Positions 28,679 through 36,652 of a stretch of 64,000 nucleotides of DNA are shown one piece after another. A program made the position numbers and the translations under genes. Location: NCBI GenBank assembly GCA_003249035.1, contig QBMK01000015.1, positions 22,833-86,832 of the forward strand, read 5' to 3'. The DNA comes from Pseudanabaena sp. (GTDB taxonomy: Bacteria > Cyanobacteriota > Cyanobacteriia > Pseudanabaenales > Pseudanabaenaceae). The notes below the pieces were generated by a model. The model did not search any database. It saw only the letters and a list, made by a program, of their open reading frames with translations, and was not told the DNA's origin. Numbering within the stretch: the stretch's first letter is position 1; each line of letters opens with the position of its first letter.

Positions 28679-28924
28679 AAAATCCCTCTCTATTCGTGAA
28701 CGTCCATGAACAATATGATGCATTCCCAAAGTAAAGTCAGTTTTTACTGAACTTAAGGACGAATGTTATCGTAAGCGCTGATTTAGTGGGGATCGCAAAT
28801 CCTTTGTAAATCCTTAATACCATCAGCCAGAATAAGTGATACTTCAATAAATGTTTCCTGTTTTGATTAGAACAGCTATTTAATGTGGCTTGGAGTATTT
28901 CTCTTGATGATGCTTAAAGATACT

Positions 28925-28957
28925 TTATGAAATTCTATGAAGTATTCATGAAGTATT
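28925..28957. repeat. Three tandem ~11-nt direct repeats
   Basis: TATGAAATT (degenerate), CTATGAAGTATT (28935-28946) and CATGAAGTATT (28947-28957), in an AT-rich intergenic region. Confidence 0.5.
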
Positions 28958-29089
28958 AACATGTCTGCTTAGAAAGGTGTATGCTTATTCAAGTTATGAT
29001 GCTCATAAGGTACATTTTAACTAAAGCTAGATTTGGCAATTTTGCTAATCAAACTATAGCCACAAAGCCAATTAGCAAGGGGATAAGTT

Positions 29090-29220
29090 AAACTACCTAA
29101 TATTTTATTTTTTTGCGGAAGTTAGTTTAGGTAGTTTTAAAATATACATATATCTCAGTTATAGCTGAGATATTTATCAACTAAAATTTTTTTATACAGG
29201 CTGTATAAAAAAAAAATTTT
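29090..29220. promoter_or_regulatory. Three consecutive hairpins upstream of ORF 29302
   Basis: AAACTACCTAA (29090-29100) pairs with TTAGGTAGTTT (29127-29137). ATATCTCAG-ttatag-CTGAGATAT spans 29150-29173. AAAATTTTTTTATACAG-g-CTGTATAAAAAAAAAATTTT spans 29183-29220. Confidence 0.4.
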
Positions 29221-29301
29221 ATGTTGGTTGACATATTTTTTCTAGCAATTGCTTAGTAAGGTCTAGTCCGCATTAGACAACTTATTTTTCTGGAGGTTCA
29301 G

Positions 29302-30402
29302 ATGAGTAAAATCAATAAGTCCAGCCAATCCGATGACTCAAATAGTAAATTACCAAGCTCTGTCACACCTAAACCTCCAATTAAAGATTTGCCTAAATTA
29401 GAAGTTGTCAAAGTAATCGCTCCAAAGTCCCAAGAGCCTACGCAGACTGGAGAGCAGAATTCAGTAAAGCAGAAAGAGGAACCAGTTAAATCTTTTGCAA
29501 AGGTTATTCCCGCTCCTACAAAGGTAAAACTGCCTATTCTAAATCGTGGTGGGGATACACAAAACGTAACTAACAATCGATCTGAAGATTCTCAAGAACC
29601 CAAAGTCTGTTTGCAGCCAATTCCGTCGCCAACAGAACCATTTCAATACAGAGCCATCGGGGTAATCAGCGGCAAATATATCGCTAGTGATGATAGCTTT
29701 GCGAAGGGGTATATATTAACTTCAGATGGCTCTCAAGTTGATGCCGTATTACTAGGCAAAATTATTTCGATTGTCAAAAAAAGATTAGAAGGCGATCGCG
29801 AATATTTGTGGGTAGTCTATCCACGCACAAATGACAAAGCAGGTAAATTGCATGTTCAGATCTCAGGTGTCTGGGCTCCAGTTGAACTTGGCAAACCCGA
29901 TATACCAATTGAACCTCATATTCAAGATGGTTATTTTTCAGTAAGGGGAGAGATCTCTAGTCAGTCAATCGAAGACAATTCTGTAATCGTTAAGGTGCGT
30001 CGAACTGAGCAAAAGTTTGACAAGCAAAAAGATAAGGTTTCCAAAGAATACACTAAGTTTAAAGTTCGACTCACTGGATTGTTGCCAACAGATGCTGTGG
30101 GGCAGTTTTGGAGTGTTAATGTCCAACGCCAAGGGGATGTTTTAACGATTATTGATGGTGAATTTATCGGGATTATTCCTTATAAGGGTAAGCGGGGATC
30201 GCAATTTAAGGGTCGTCCGAGTGGTGGCAGTTTTGCGCCGAGAAAATATGGAGATCGCCCATATAGCGATCGCCCATTTAAACCCTCCTATTCGAGCGAT
30301 GGTGGCAGTGGTTCTGTTTATCCACCACGCCCAAAATTTTCTTCTGAAGATCGTCCACCCGTTCCAAAGCCATTAATTAAGCGCAAAGATCCAACTGAGT
30401 AG
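29302..30402 (+). CDS. Hypothetical protein (K/P/S-rich N-terminus, central beta-rich domain, G/R/P/S/Y-rich C-terminus)
   Basis: 366-aa ORF with a GGAGG-like RBS (ctggaggttcagATG). I do not recognise a family. Confidence 0.55.
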   Translation: MSKINKSSQSDDSNSKLPSSVTPKPPIKDLPKLEVVKVIAPKSQEPTQTGEQNSVKQKEEPVKSFAKVIPAPTKVKLPILNRGGDTQNVTNNRSEDSQEPKVCLQPIPSPTEPFQYRAIGVISGKYIASDDSFAKGYILTSDGSQVDAVLLGKIISIVKKRLEGDREYLWVVYPRTNDKAGKLHVQISGVWAPVELGKPDIPIEPHIQDGYFSVRGEISSQSIEDNSVIVKVRRTEQKFDKQKDKVSKEYTKFKVRLTGLLPTDAVGQFWSVNVQRQGDVLTIIDGEFIGIIPYKGKRGSQFKGRPSGGSFAPRKYGDRPYSDRPFKPSYSSDGGSGSVYPPRPKFSSEDRPPVPKPLIKRKDPTE

Positions 30403-30420
30403 CTAATTACACAAGTATTG

Positions 30421-30467
30421 CAACCATAAAATAAGCTCTCGCAATGCGAGAGCTTATTTTATGGTTG
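30421..30467. terminator. Bidirectional terminator (about 21-23-bp arms)
   Basis: CAACCATAAAATAAGCTCTCGCA / TGCGAGAGCTTATTTTATGGTTG. The right arm overlaps the stop codon of ORF 30459-30968. Confidence 0.75.
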
Positions 30468-30968
30468 CAATACCATACTCCATTCTTTATTTTTGCTGTC
30501 CCAAAACGGAGCGTCGGTTTCACCAACGATATTTGGTCCCCAGTAAGTACGGGAGCCATCGGTAGCAAAGGCAAAAATCACGTCACCTTTACCGATCGCA
30601 ATTTTGTAATTTGGCAAAGATAGTAATAACCCCTCTTTGCCACCCTCATTGGGTGCAAAGTCCCAATTTAGAGGCTCAATCGATTGCCAAACATTTTGGG
30701 AAGTAACTCTGGAAAATAAAACAATTCGCACAGAGCGATCTGTACGATTGCCAACGCGAAGGCTACCGATATTTTCGCCATCATTTAGGTTTGGGCGAGT
30801 AAAAGTTGTCGGTAAGGGCGGCACGATTACCTTCGCCGCTTCAATATTTTCAGAAATATCACGGGCTGGATGTGGAATAAAACGTTGCCATAGGGAAACC
30901 CCAGTCAGGGCGATTAGCATTCCCAGACACATCGAGTAAGCGTACTTGACATCAACAGTTGGCATCAC
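30459..30968 (-). CDS. Hypothetical membrane-anchored or secreted protein
   Basis: 169-aa ORF with an N-terminal hydrophobic helix (SMCLGMLIALTGVSLW). No recognised family. Confidence 0.5.
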   Translation of the reverse strand: MMPTVDVKYAYSMCLGMLIALTGVSLWQRFIPHPARDISENIEAAKVIVPPLPTTFTRPNLNDGENIGSLRVGNRTDRSVRIVLFSRVTSQNVWQSIEPLNWDFAPNEGGKEGLLLSLPNYKIAIGKGDVIFAFATDGSRTYWGPNIVGETDAPFWDSKNKEWSMVLQP

Positions 30969-31397
30969 AGCTTAGATTTTGATGTTTCTATTATTATTTT
31001 ATGCTTTCTGATTTCTAAATCAAAAATAGTACCCAAATTTTTTAGAATTACTGGTTCAAAAGCAATATCTATTCAAGTTTGTGAATCATGAAAAGATAGT
31101 ATTTCTTGGCAAAGACTATAAAAAATTCCTATCTCCTCGTCGGGGGATTCTGGCACAAAAAAATATTCTGTCAAGGGTTTATAGCAATACAGGAGTTAGC
31201 CAGACTCAAAAGATAAGTGGTAGCGCTTAGCGTCGCCACTTATCTTTTGGGTTTTACTTCCTGAGCCAAGCTCACATTGCTATATTTTTTGCCGTATTCG
31301 GCAAGACTCAGGTATAGGTTATAAAACTGAGATATTGTTGTGTCCCATGCGATCGCGCATACAGATAAAATTGGGAGACTCTCTAGCAAACAACCCT

Positions 31398-31919
31398 ATG
31401 GATTTTAAAAGCATTATTCGTGATATTCCTGATTTTCCGCAGCAAGGCATCATGTTTCGAGATATTACGCCTTTGTTAGCACATCCTCATGGACTAACAG
31501 CAGTTATCGAAGGCTTTAAAACAAAATTCGCTGATACGGATATTGGGGAGATCGATAGCATTGTTGGAATTGAGTCCAGAGGATTTATCCTTGGTGCAGC
31601 GTTAGCAATGGCTTTAGGTTGTAGCTTTGTGCCAGTTCGTAAACCTAAAAAGTTACCGTCCGCAGTATTTCGGGTTGAATATTCTCTGGAATATGGAACC
31701 GATACTTTAGAAATGCATCAAGATGCACTTGCAGCAGGAGAGAGAGTGATGATCGTCGATGATGTGATTGCTACGGGAGGAACTGCGGCTGCTACTGCAA
31801 AGCTAATTAAACAAGCTGGGGCAGAATTGCTTGGTTATGGATTTTTGATTGAGCTGGATTTTCTCAATGGCAGAAAAGCATTACCTGAAGTACCGATTGT
31901 TTCCTTAGTAAATTATTAG
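31398..31919 (+). CDS. apt: Adenine phosphoribosyltransferase
   Basis: Start [27 protein letters not shown] at the ATG at 31398 (the track ORF starts 63 nt upstream). PRPP-binding motif [16 protein letters not shown]. Confidence 0.9.
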   Translation: MDFKSIIRDIPDFPQQGIMFRDITPLLAHPHGLTAVIEGFKTKFADTDIGEIDSIVGIESRGFILGAALAMALGCSFVPVRKPKKLPSAVFRVEYSLEYGTDTLEMHQDALAAGERVMIVDDVIATGGTAAATAKLIKQAGAELLGYGFLIELDFLNGRKALPEVPIVSLVNY

Positions 31920-31956
31920 ATAGCTAAGCATCAAAAAGCCGAAGATGCAGCGTTTA

Positions 31957-32020
31957 AGATCCCCGATTTTTTTTTGCAATCTATAGATTAGTTCTGCTTC
32001 ACCAAAAAAGTCGGGGATCT
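31957..32020. repeat. Inverted repeat AGATCCCCGA(T-run) ... (A-run)TCGGGGATCT
   Basis: 10-bp perfect arms at 31957-31966 and 32011-32020, extended by complementary T and A runs. Lies downstream of apt. Confidence 0.5.
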
Positions 32021-32176
32021 GGGCAATTACAGTTTTCTTTTTGCCGAACTACTGATGGCGATCTCAAAGCCGCACTGTCAAACAGTTTCTTGGTTTGAGT
32101 TTGAGTGCTAAGCGTTATAAGTAAAATTTTAAAGTTGGTGTAGACTGAAGTAATTAATTTTTAACAAAAATTTCTC

Positions 32177-32590
32177 ATGGATATCATTACACCGCTTGTG
32201 AGTTTTCTGGCTCCTTATTTGCCTGCGCTGTTGGGGTTCGGGAAGAAAGCCTTGGACAAAGGGGCTGAGAAGTTGGGAGAAAAAGGGGCTGAAGAAATTT
32301 TTAAGAAACTATCGCCTCATTTGGAGTCTAAACCCAATGCAAAGGAGGCGGTGGTTTATGTTGCGGAAAATCCTGATGATGCGGATGGGCTGGGGCAGTT
32401 GCGGCTGCAATTAAAGAAAATTCTGGAGTCACCTGAAAATGCAGTTTTGAAGGCGGAAATTGCAAAGATTTTAGAGGGAGAAGAAGCAACGGCAAAGGGC
32501 AAATTCAATGTTAATGCTCAGGGTGCTAATATTGGGGTGATCGGCGATCGCGCCAATATTGACAATATGAATTTTGGGAGCAAACCCTAA
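32177..32590 (+). CDS. Small helical protein with a hydrophobic N-terminal helix and a C-terminal G/N/Q-rich motif (candidate effector)
   Basis: 137 aa. MDIITPLVSFLAPYLPALLGFG is followed by charged helices. The last 29 aa, KFNVNAQGANIGVIGDRANIDNMNFGSKP, match the N-terminus of the next ORF. Confidence 0.6.
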   Translation: MDIITPLVSFLAPYLPALLGFGKKALDKGAEKLGEKGAEEIFKKLSPHLESKPNAKEAVVYVAENPDDADGLGQLRLQLKKILESPENAVLKAEIAKILEGEEATAKGKFNVNAQGANIGVIGDRANIDNMNFGSKP

Positions 32591-32649
32591 ATTTGAACCT
32601 TTTTGTTGTGTTCGTTCTTTTTGGTCATTAAGGACTGATCGCTAAACCA

Positions 32650-33936
32650 ATGAGTGAATCTCAATACAGCATTGATGCTAGAGAGGCGAATATTGGGGTA
32701 ATTGGCAATGATGCCCAAATCACCCAAAATATTTATCTGCAATCGGTTGATTATCAAAGATTGGTGGAGCGGATTAGGGAAACTCAGGAAAGTTTGGAAG
32801 ATGTGCCAGCGTCTAAACCAGAAAGGCGTTTGAAACTTGCTGAAAAACTACAAGATCTGAAGGAGCAGTTAGAAGAGTTTAAGGGTAACGTTTTTAAGTT
32901 ATATGAAACTTTTACTAAGATTGAGATTAATACGGAACGGTTGAGGCAGGCTAAGGCGCATTTTGACAAGGGGGAATTTCGAGAGGCGGATGCGGTACTG
33001 AAGGCGGAGGAGATGACCGAGGATCTCGATAAGCTGATCGAGAGGGAGCGGCAACTGGATCGCCAAAGGGACAATGTGAGGGGCAGTAGGGAACAGATCG
33101 CGAATGAGTTTTTGATTAAGGCGCGTCTATGGGCAACTTTTTATGACCAACCGAATCGTTTAGAGCAAACTTGCGAATATTTTGAAGAGTCTTTACGGGC
33201 GGCGCGGACATGCGAAAACTTGCTTGAATATGCATATTTTTTAAGAGAGCATTTTAAGCTCAATCAAGCGGAACAACTATGTCAAGAAGCTTTACAGATT
33301 TATCGTGAATTGGCAAAGCAGAATCCTGTTATTTTTCTGCCATACGTGGCAGGTACGCTGAACAATTTGGCGGTTTTGCATAGTAATACCAATGCAATGG
33401 CGATCGCTCTCTCGGAATATACGGAGGCTCTAGAGATCAGACGCGAATTGGCAAAGCAGAATCCTGCTACTTTTCTGCCAGATGTGGCAATGACGCTGAA
33501 CAATTTGGCGGTTTTGCATCGGAATACCAATGAAATGGCGATCGCTCTCTCGGAATATACGGAGGCTCTAGAGATCAGACGCGAATTGGCAAAGCAGAAT
33601 CCTGCTACTTTTCTGCCAGATGTGGCAATGACGCTGAACAATTTGGCGATTTTGCATAGTGATACCAATGAAACTACTTTAGCAATATCGGAATATCAAG
33701 AGGCTTTGCAGATTTGTCAAGATTTTGCGAAAAAGAGTCCTGCTGCTTTTCAGCCAAAGGTGGATCTCGTACTTGAAAATATTGCTGATTTGCAAAATGC
33801 TACTGATGAAAGGAATATCTCTGGGTTTAAGAATGGACAAGCCCCACCCACAAAGCAGAGAAGTAGGTCAATCAAATCCCGTTCTTGGCTCAAAAATATT
33901 TGCCGTGGCATCAAAAATTTGTTTAAACGGAGTTAA
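32650..33936 (+). CDS. Coiled-coil / TPR-repeat protein with an N-terminal G/N/Q-rich motif (candidate receptor)
   Basis: 428 aa. N-terminus is QYSIDAREANIGVIGNDAQITQNIYLQ, followed by about 150 aa of coiled coil and then a TPR (TPR_10/12-like) array with three 46-aa units. No Walker A motif is visible. Confidence 0.8.
   Translation: MSESQYSIDAREANIGVIGNDAQITQNIYLQSVDYQRLVERIRETQESLEDVPASKPERRLKLAEKLQDLKEQLEEFKGNVFKLYETFTKIEINTERLRQAKAHFDKGEFREADAVLKAEEMTEDLDKLIERERQLDRQRDNVRGSREQIANEFLIKARLWATFYDQPNRLEQTCEYFEESLRAARTCENLLEYAYFLREHFKLNQAEQLCQEALQIYRELAKQNPVIFLPYVAGTLNNLAVLHSNTNAMAIALSEYTEALEIRRELAKQNPATFLPDVAMTLNNLAVLHRNTNEMAIALSEYTEALEIRRELAKQNPATFLPDVAMTLNNLAILHSDTNETTLAISEYQEALQICQDFAKKSPAAFQPKVDLVLENIADLQNATDERNISGFKNGQAPPTKQRSRSIKSRSWLKNICRGIKNLFKRS
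33396..33648 (+). repeat. Tandem 138-bp coding repeats with a perfect 115-nt duplicated block
   Basis: 33396-33510 is identical to 33534-33648. Unit anchors GAATTGGCAAAGCAGAATCCTG occur at 33307, 33445 and 33583. Confidence 0.9.
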
Positions 33937-33986
33937 CCCATAAATTGTTAGTGTGATTATTTATTCTTGCCCATAGAGATCCTTAG

Positions 33987-34163
33987 GGGCAGAGCATTCC
34001 CGCGACAATCTATAAGTTTCTCAGATCCTCTTCAATTGGGAATGATCTGCCCAAAAACTCACAACGTAGGGAGAAATTGTCAGTAAAAGCAAAGAGGGCT
34101 TAGCATTTGCAAATCAAATTTTTTGTGATGAGCCTAGAAATAGTGGCGCAAATGCTAAGTCCC
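33987..34163. repeat. Pair of REP/MITE-like hairpin elements (GCATT-core inverted repeats)
   Basis: GGGCAGAGCATTCCC (33987-34001) pairs with GGGAATGATCTGCCC (34038-34052). GGGCTTAGCATTTGC (34096-34110) pairs with GCAAATGCTAAGTCCC (34148-34163). Confidence 0.65.
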
Positions 34164-34238
34164 TACAGCATCTTGGTGTTTTCATCGCAAGTACAATTTA
34201 ATGAATTTGCAGCCCAGAACTTTTATTCTGGGTTTGTT

Positions 34239-36523
34239 CTAGACTAGGCGATCGCCATAATTAATTGCAAATATTGCAACTGTCGTAATCAAAATTAAAG
34301 GATAGATAATCAAAGAAGCAATATTAAAATACTTAAAGGCTTTTTTATGTCCATCTCTCTCTAACTTCGTCCCAATCACCGTCACGATGATGGGGAATAG
34401 ACACAGACAGAAAAAGACATAAAACACATATTCCATCGCCACTGTATAGCCAACTTCGGGTAATTGATTGTTAAAGGATAGTAACAACACAATCCCTGAA
34501 AGTAATGCTGACGCAGGAGCCATCGTGCGCGGCACAAACATTGTATAGGGGAAAAACAGACAGCAATAGACTAAGAGCGAAAGCAAAATCAGCGGTAAAA
34601 TATTCTTAGACAAAAACACTAAGGTTCTGCGCTTAACAGTCATCCGAATGCTTAACCCCGGATATTCAACCTGAACATTTGATTGAAATAAATCAGGATC
34701 GCCTTGAGTAGAGGTGCTGCGCGATGAGTCTTGAAAATAGGTGATATCTTTGAAAGTCCAAAGTTGCAGTCCTTGAAATGGTTTGCGCTCCAAATCTTTA
34801 TCTCTGGGCAATCTTAAGCCAACGGTATCGATCGCATAGACCAATCGATCTGTTGATAGATTCGGATTGTCAAACCGCAAATTTAATTTTTGGGAATCAA
34901 AGGGATAATCGCGAAAATCGAAGGCATTGCGAAATTCACCACGAACCCTAAAGAGTCGGTAGTTTAAGCCATCGACCACCTGCGCTTTGATTGGATCTTT
35001 GCTATCAAATACAGGAGCTGTTGGATTAACACTATTAACAACCGCATCGGGAAATTGAATTTTAGTGGGGTCATCATTACCGCTATAGCGGAACCAAACA
35101 TAAAAATCGGCGGTAAAAGTTGACTTATCAATTCGATTTAGTTTGTTGATGTCCATTGCTGCATAAACCACCCGCTGTCGCCAGAAATATTGATCGCCCG
35201 CTCGAACAATGCTCCCGGCTTCCAGCTCTTTTGGCAAATTCAGTCGTTCAGGATTAGTGATCTGTGTGAATTGCTGTGAGGCGGAGATAAGTTTGTGGTT
35301 TTGAAATTGAGCGAGGCGCACTGGCTGATCGCTATTGCGATCGCTGTTGAAATAAAGCAAACCCGTTAAACCTCTAAGCCCAACTTTGCGATTATTCAGC
35401 TTAGCGAGAGCCTCGCGTACCTGCTCGCGATCGTCTGTTAGACTTGCTGGGGTTAATCTAGGATTAGCCTTACGAATGGCATCAACTGCCACGATCGCTG
35501 CCTCATAAAACTTTGCTCCTAAATATGATGGAGTCTTGTTATAAGCGTTTTGATAAGCAGACAGAAAGTCTTGCGCATCTGCTCCAGCACTATCAAACAA
35601 AATTGGTAATGGCACATACATGCCATCAGTAAAGAATCCTATGCTTTTCTTCTCTTCATCATATTTATCAAACCGCTTCGCAAAAGATTCCCTTCCCAGA
35701 GCTTGCTCACCTAAAATGCTATTTTTTAGCCCCTTTTGTTTGAGCGCCACCAAGAAGTCTTCGGCAAGGTCTTCCTTGGATATGGTTAAAAACAAAATCC
35801 CCGCTTCAGGTTCAGCAGCTATCTCGTTGACGATCTGCTGTATTGATGATTTACGATTGGCTGGATCAGAATCAACCGCCCAAATACGCTGAATCTTGCC
35901 ATTACCATTGGCTTCAAAGGCAGATTTAATTACTTCCGATTGGGTCTGTTGATTTTTGCTGGATTTGTCATAAATTACATTAGCGGTTTTGACTTTTAGG
36001 ACTTGCTGAGCATATATTGACAAGGTTTTCGCTAGATCTGGATTGGTATAAATAATCCGAAAATAGTAAGGGCGATCGATAGTAACTTTAGGATTATTCG
36101 CCGTACCCGTAATTGCTGGTAATTTGCGTTCTTGATAAATGCTACCTGCCGCGATAGAAGCATCTGAAGAGCGATGCCCAAAACTACGAGCGCATCACTT
36201 TTAGAAATTTCATTAGCAACTTGAGTTGCTCCCTCAGCATTGCCCTTGTCATCAAAAACATTTAGCTTAAGCTGACGACCATTGATACCCCCTTCTCGAT
36301 TAGTCGCATCAATATATAGCTTGATGCTATCAACTATTTCTTGCCCACCACTAGCGACATCTCCGCTTATAGGTGCAGCGACGGCGATCGCAATCGCGTT
36401 ATCATTATTTGCTCTTAAACTTTGTGGATATAATCCGCCGAGTGATACAACGATCAAAATTGTGGTCAGAGCGATCACGCAAAATCTTACAACTGTTTTA
36501 CCCATGTACCCTACAGCCGTCAT
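34239..36523 (-). pseudogene. Periplasmic-binding-protein (LivK/PBP1-like) domain fused to a prokaryotic pentameric ligand-gated ion channel; frame broken by a 1-nt frameshift near 36177-36194
   Basis: ORF 36032-36523 encodes a TM/signal segment plus the start of a PBP1 domain up to ...SDALVVLG, then leaves the frame. The frame of ORF 34239-36023 (TTG start) reads on upstream as GHRSSDASIAAGSIYQERKLPAITGTANNPKVTIDRPYYFRIIYTNPDLAKT- back to a stop at 36195-36197. One base therefore appears to be missing around GTAGTTTTGGGCATCGC. The C-terminal half has the Cys-loop-equivalent motif FRDYPFDSQKLNLRF (YPFDSQ = 34890-34907) and four TM helices with a short M3-M4 loop. Confidence 0.8.
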
Positions 36524-36596
36524 ATTTAAAAATTGCTATTGCATTAATTGAACTGTTTCGCAATTTTAGTGCTTTGAGCTACCGTCAAAACGTCCA

Positions 36597-36637
36597 AAAA
36601 AGAAAAGAGGTCACAAAGTGACCTCTTTTCTTTTTGT
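36597..36637. terminator. Hairpin terminator downstream of tRNA-His
   Basis: AGAGGTCAC-aaa-GTGACCTCT (36606-36626), flanked by an A-rich run and a T-rich run. Confidence 0.7.
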
Positions 36638-36652
36638 GGATTTTAATTTGAG

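Noticed and set aside
28679-28729. N-terminal extensions of track ORFs: gnd 28679-28729, apt 31335-31397, mobA 43122-43247, the ABC ATPase 38897-38938, the HAD-like gene 26594-26629 and tatD 18734-18745.
   Set aside because: The family-typical N-termini begin at internal ATGs. The extensions overlap upstream genes or lack similarity, so the shorter starts are preferred.
33300-33668. Minus-strand 122-aa ORF with its own internal repeats.
   Set aside because: It lies exactly antisense to the TPR tandem repeats, so its repeats are only the reverse complement of the real coding repeats.
34239-36523. Treating 36032-36523 and 34239-36023 as two separate genes (a small PBP fragment plus a TTG-initiated channel protein).
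   Set aside because: The PBP1 domain sequence continues across the junction in the other frame with no start codon context, so a single frameshifted gene explains both ORFs better.
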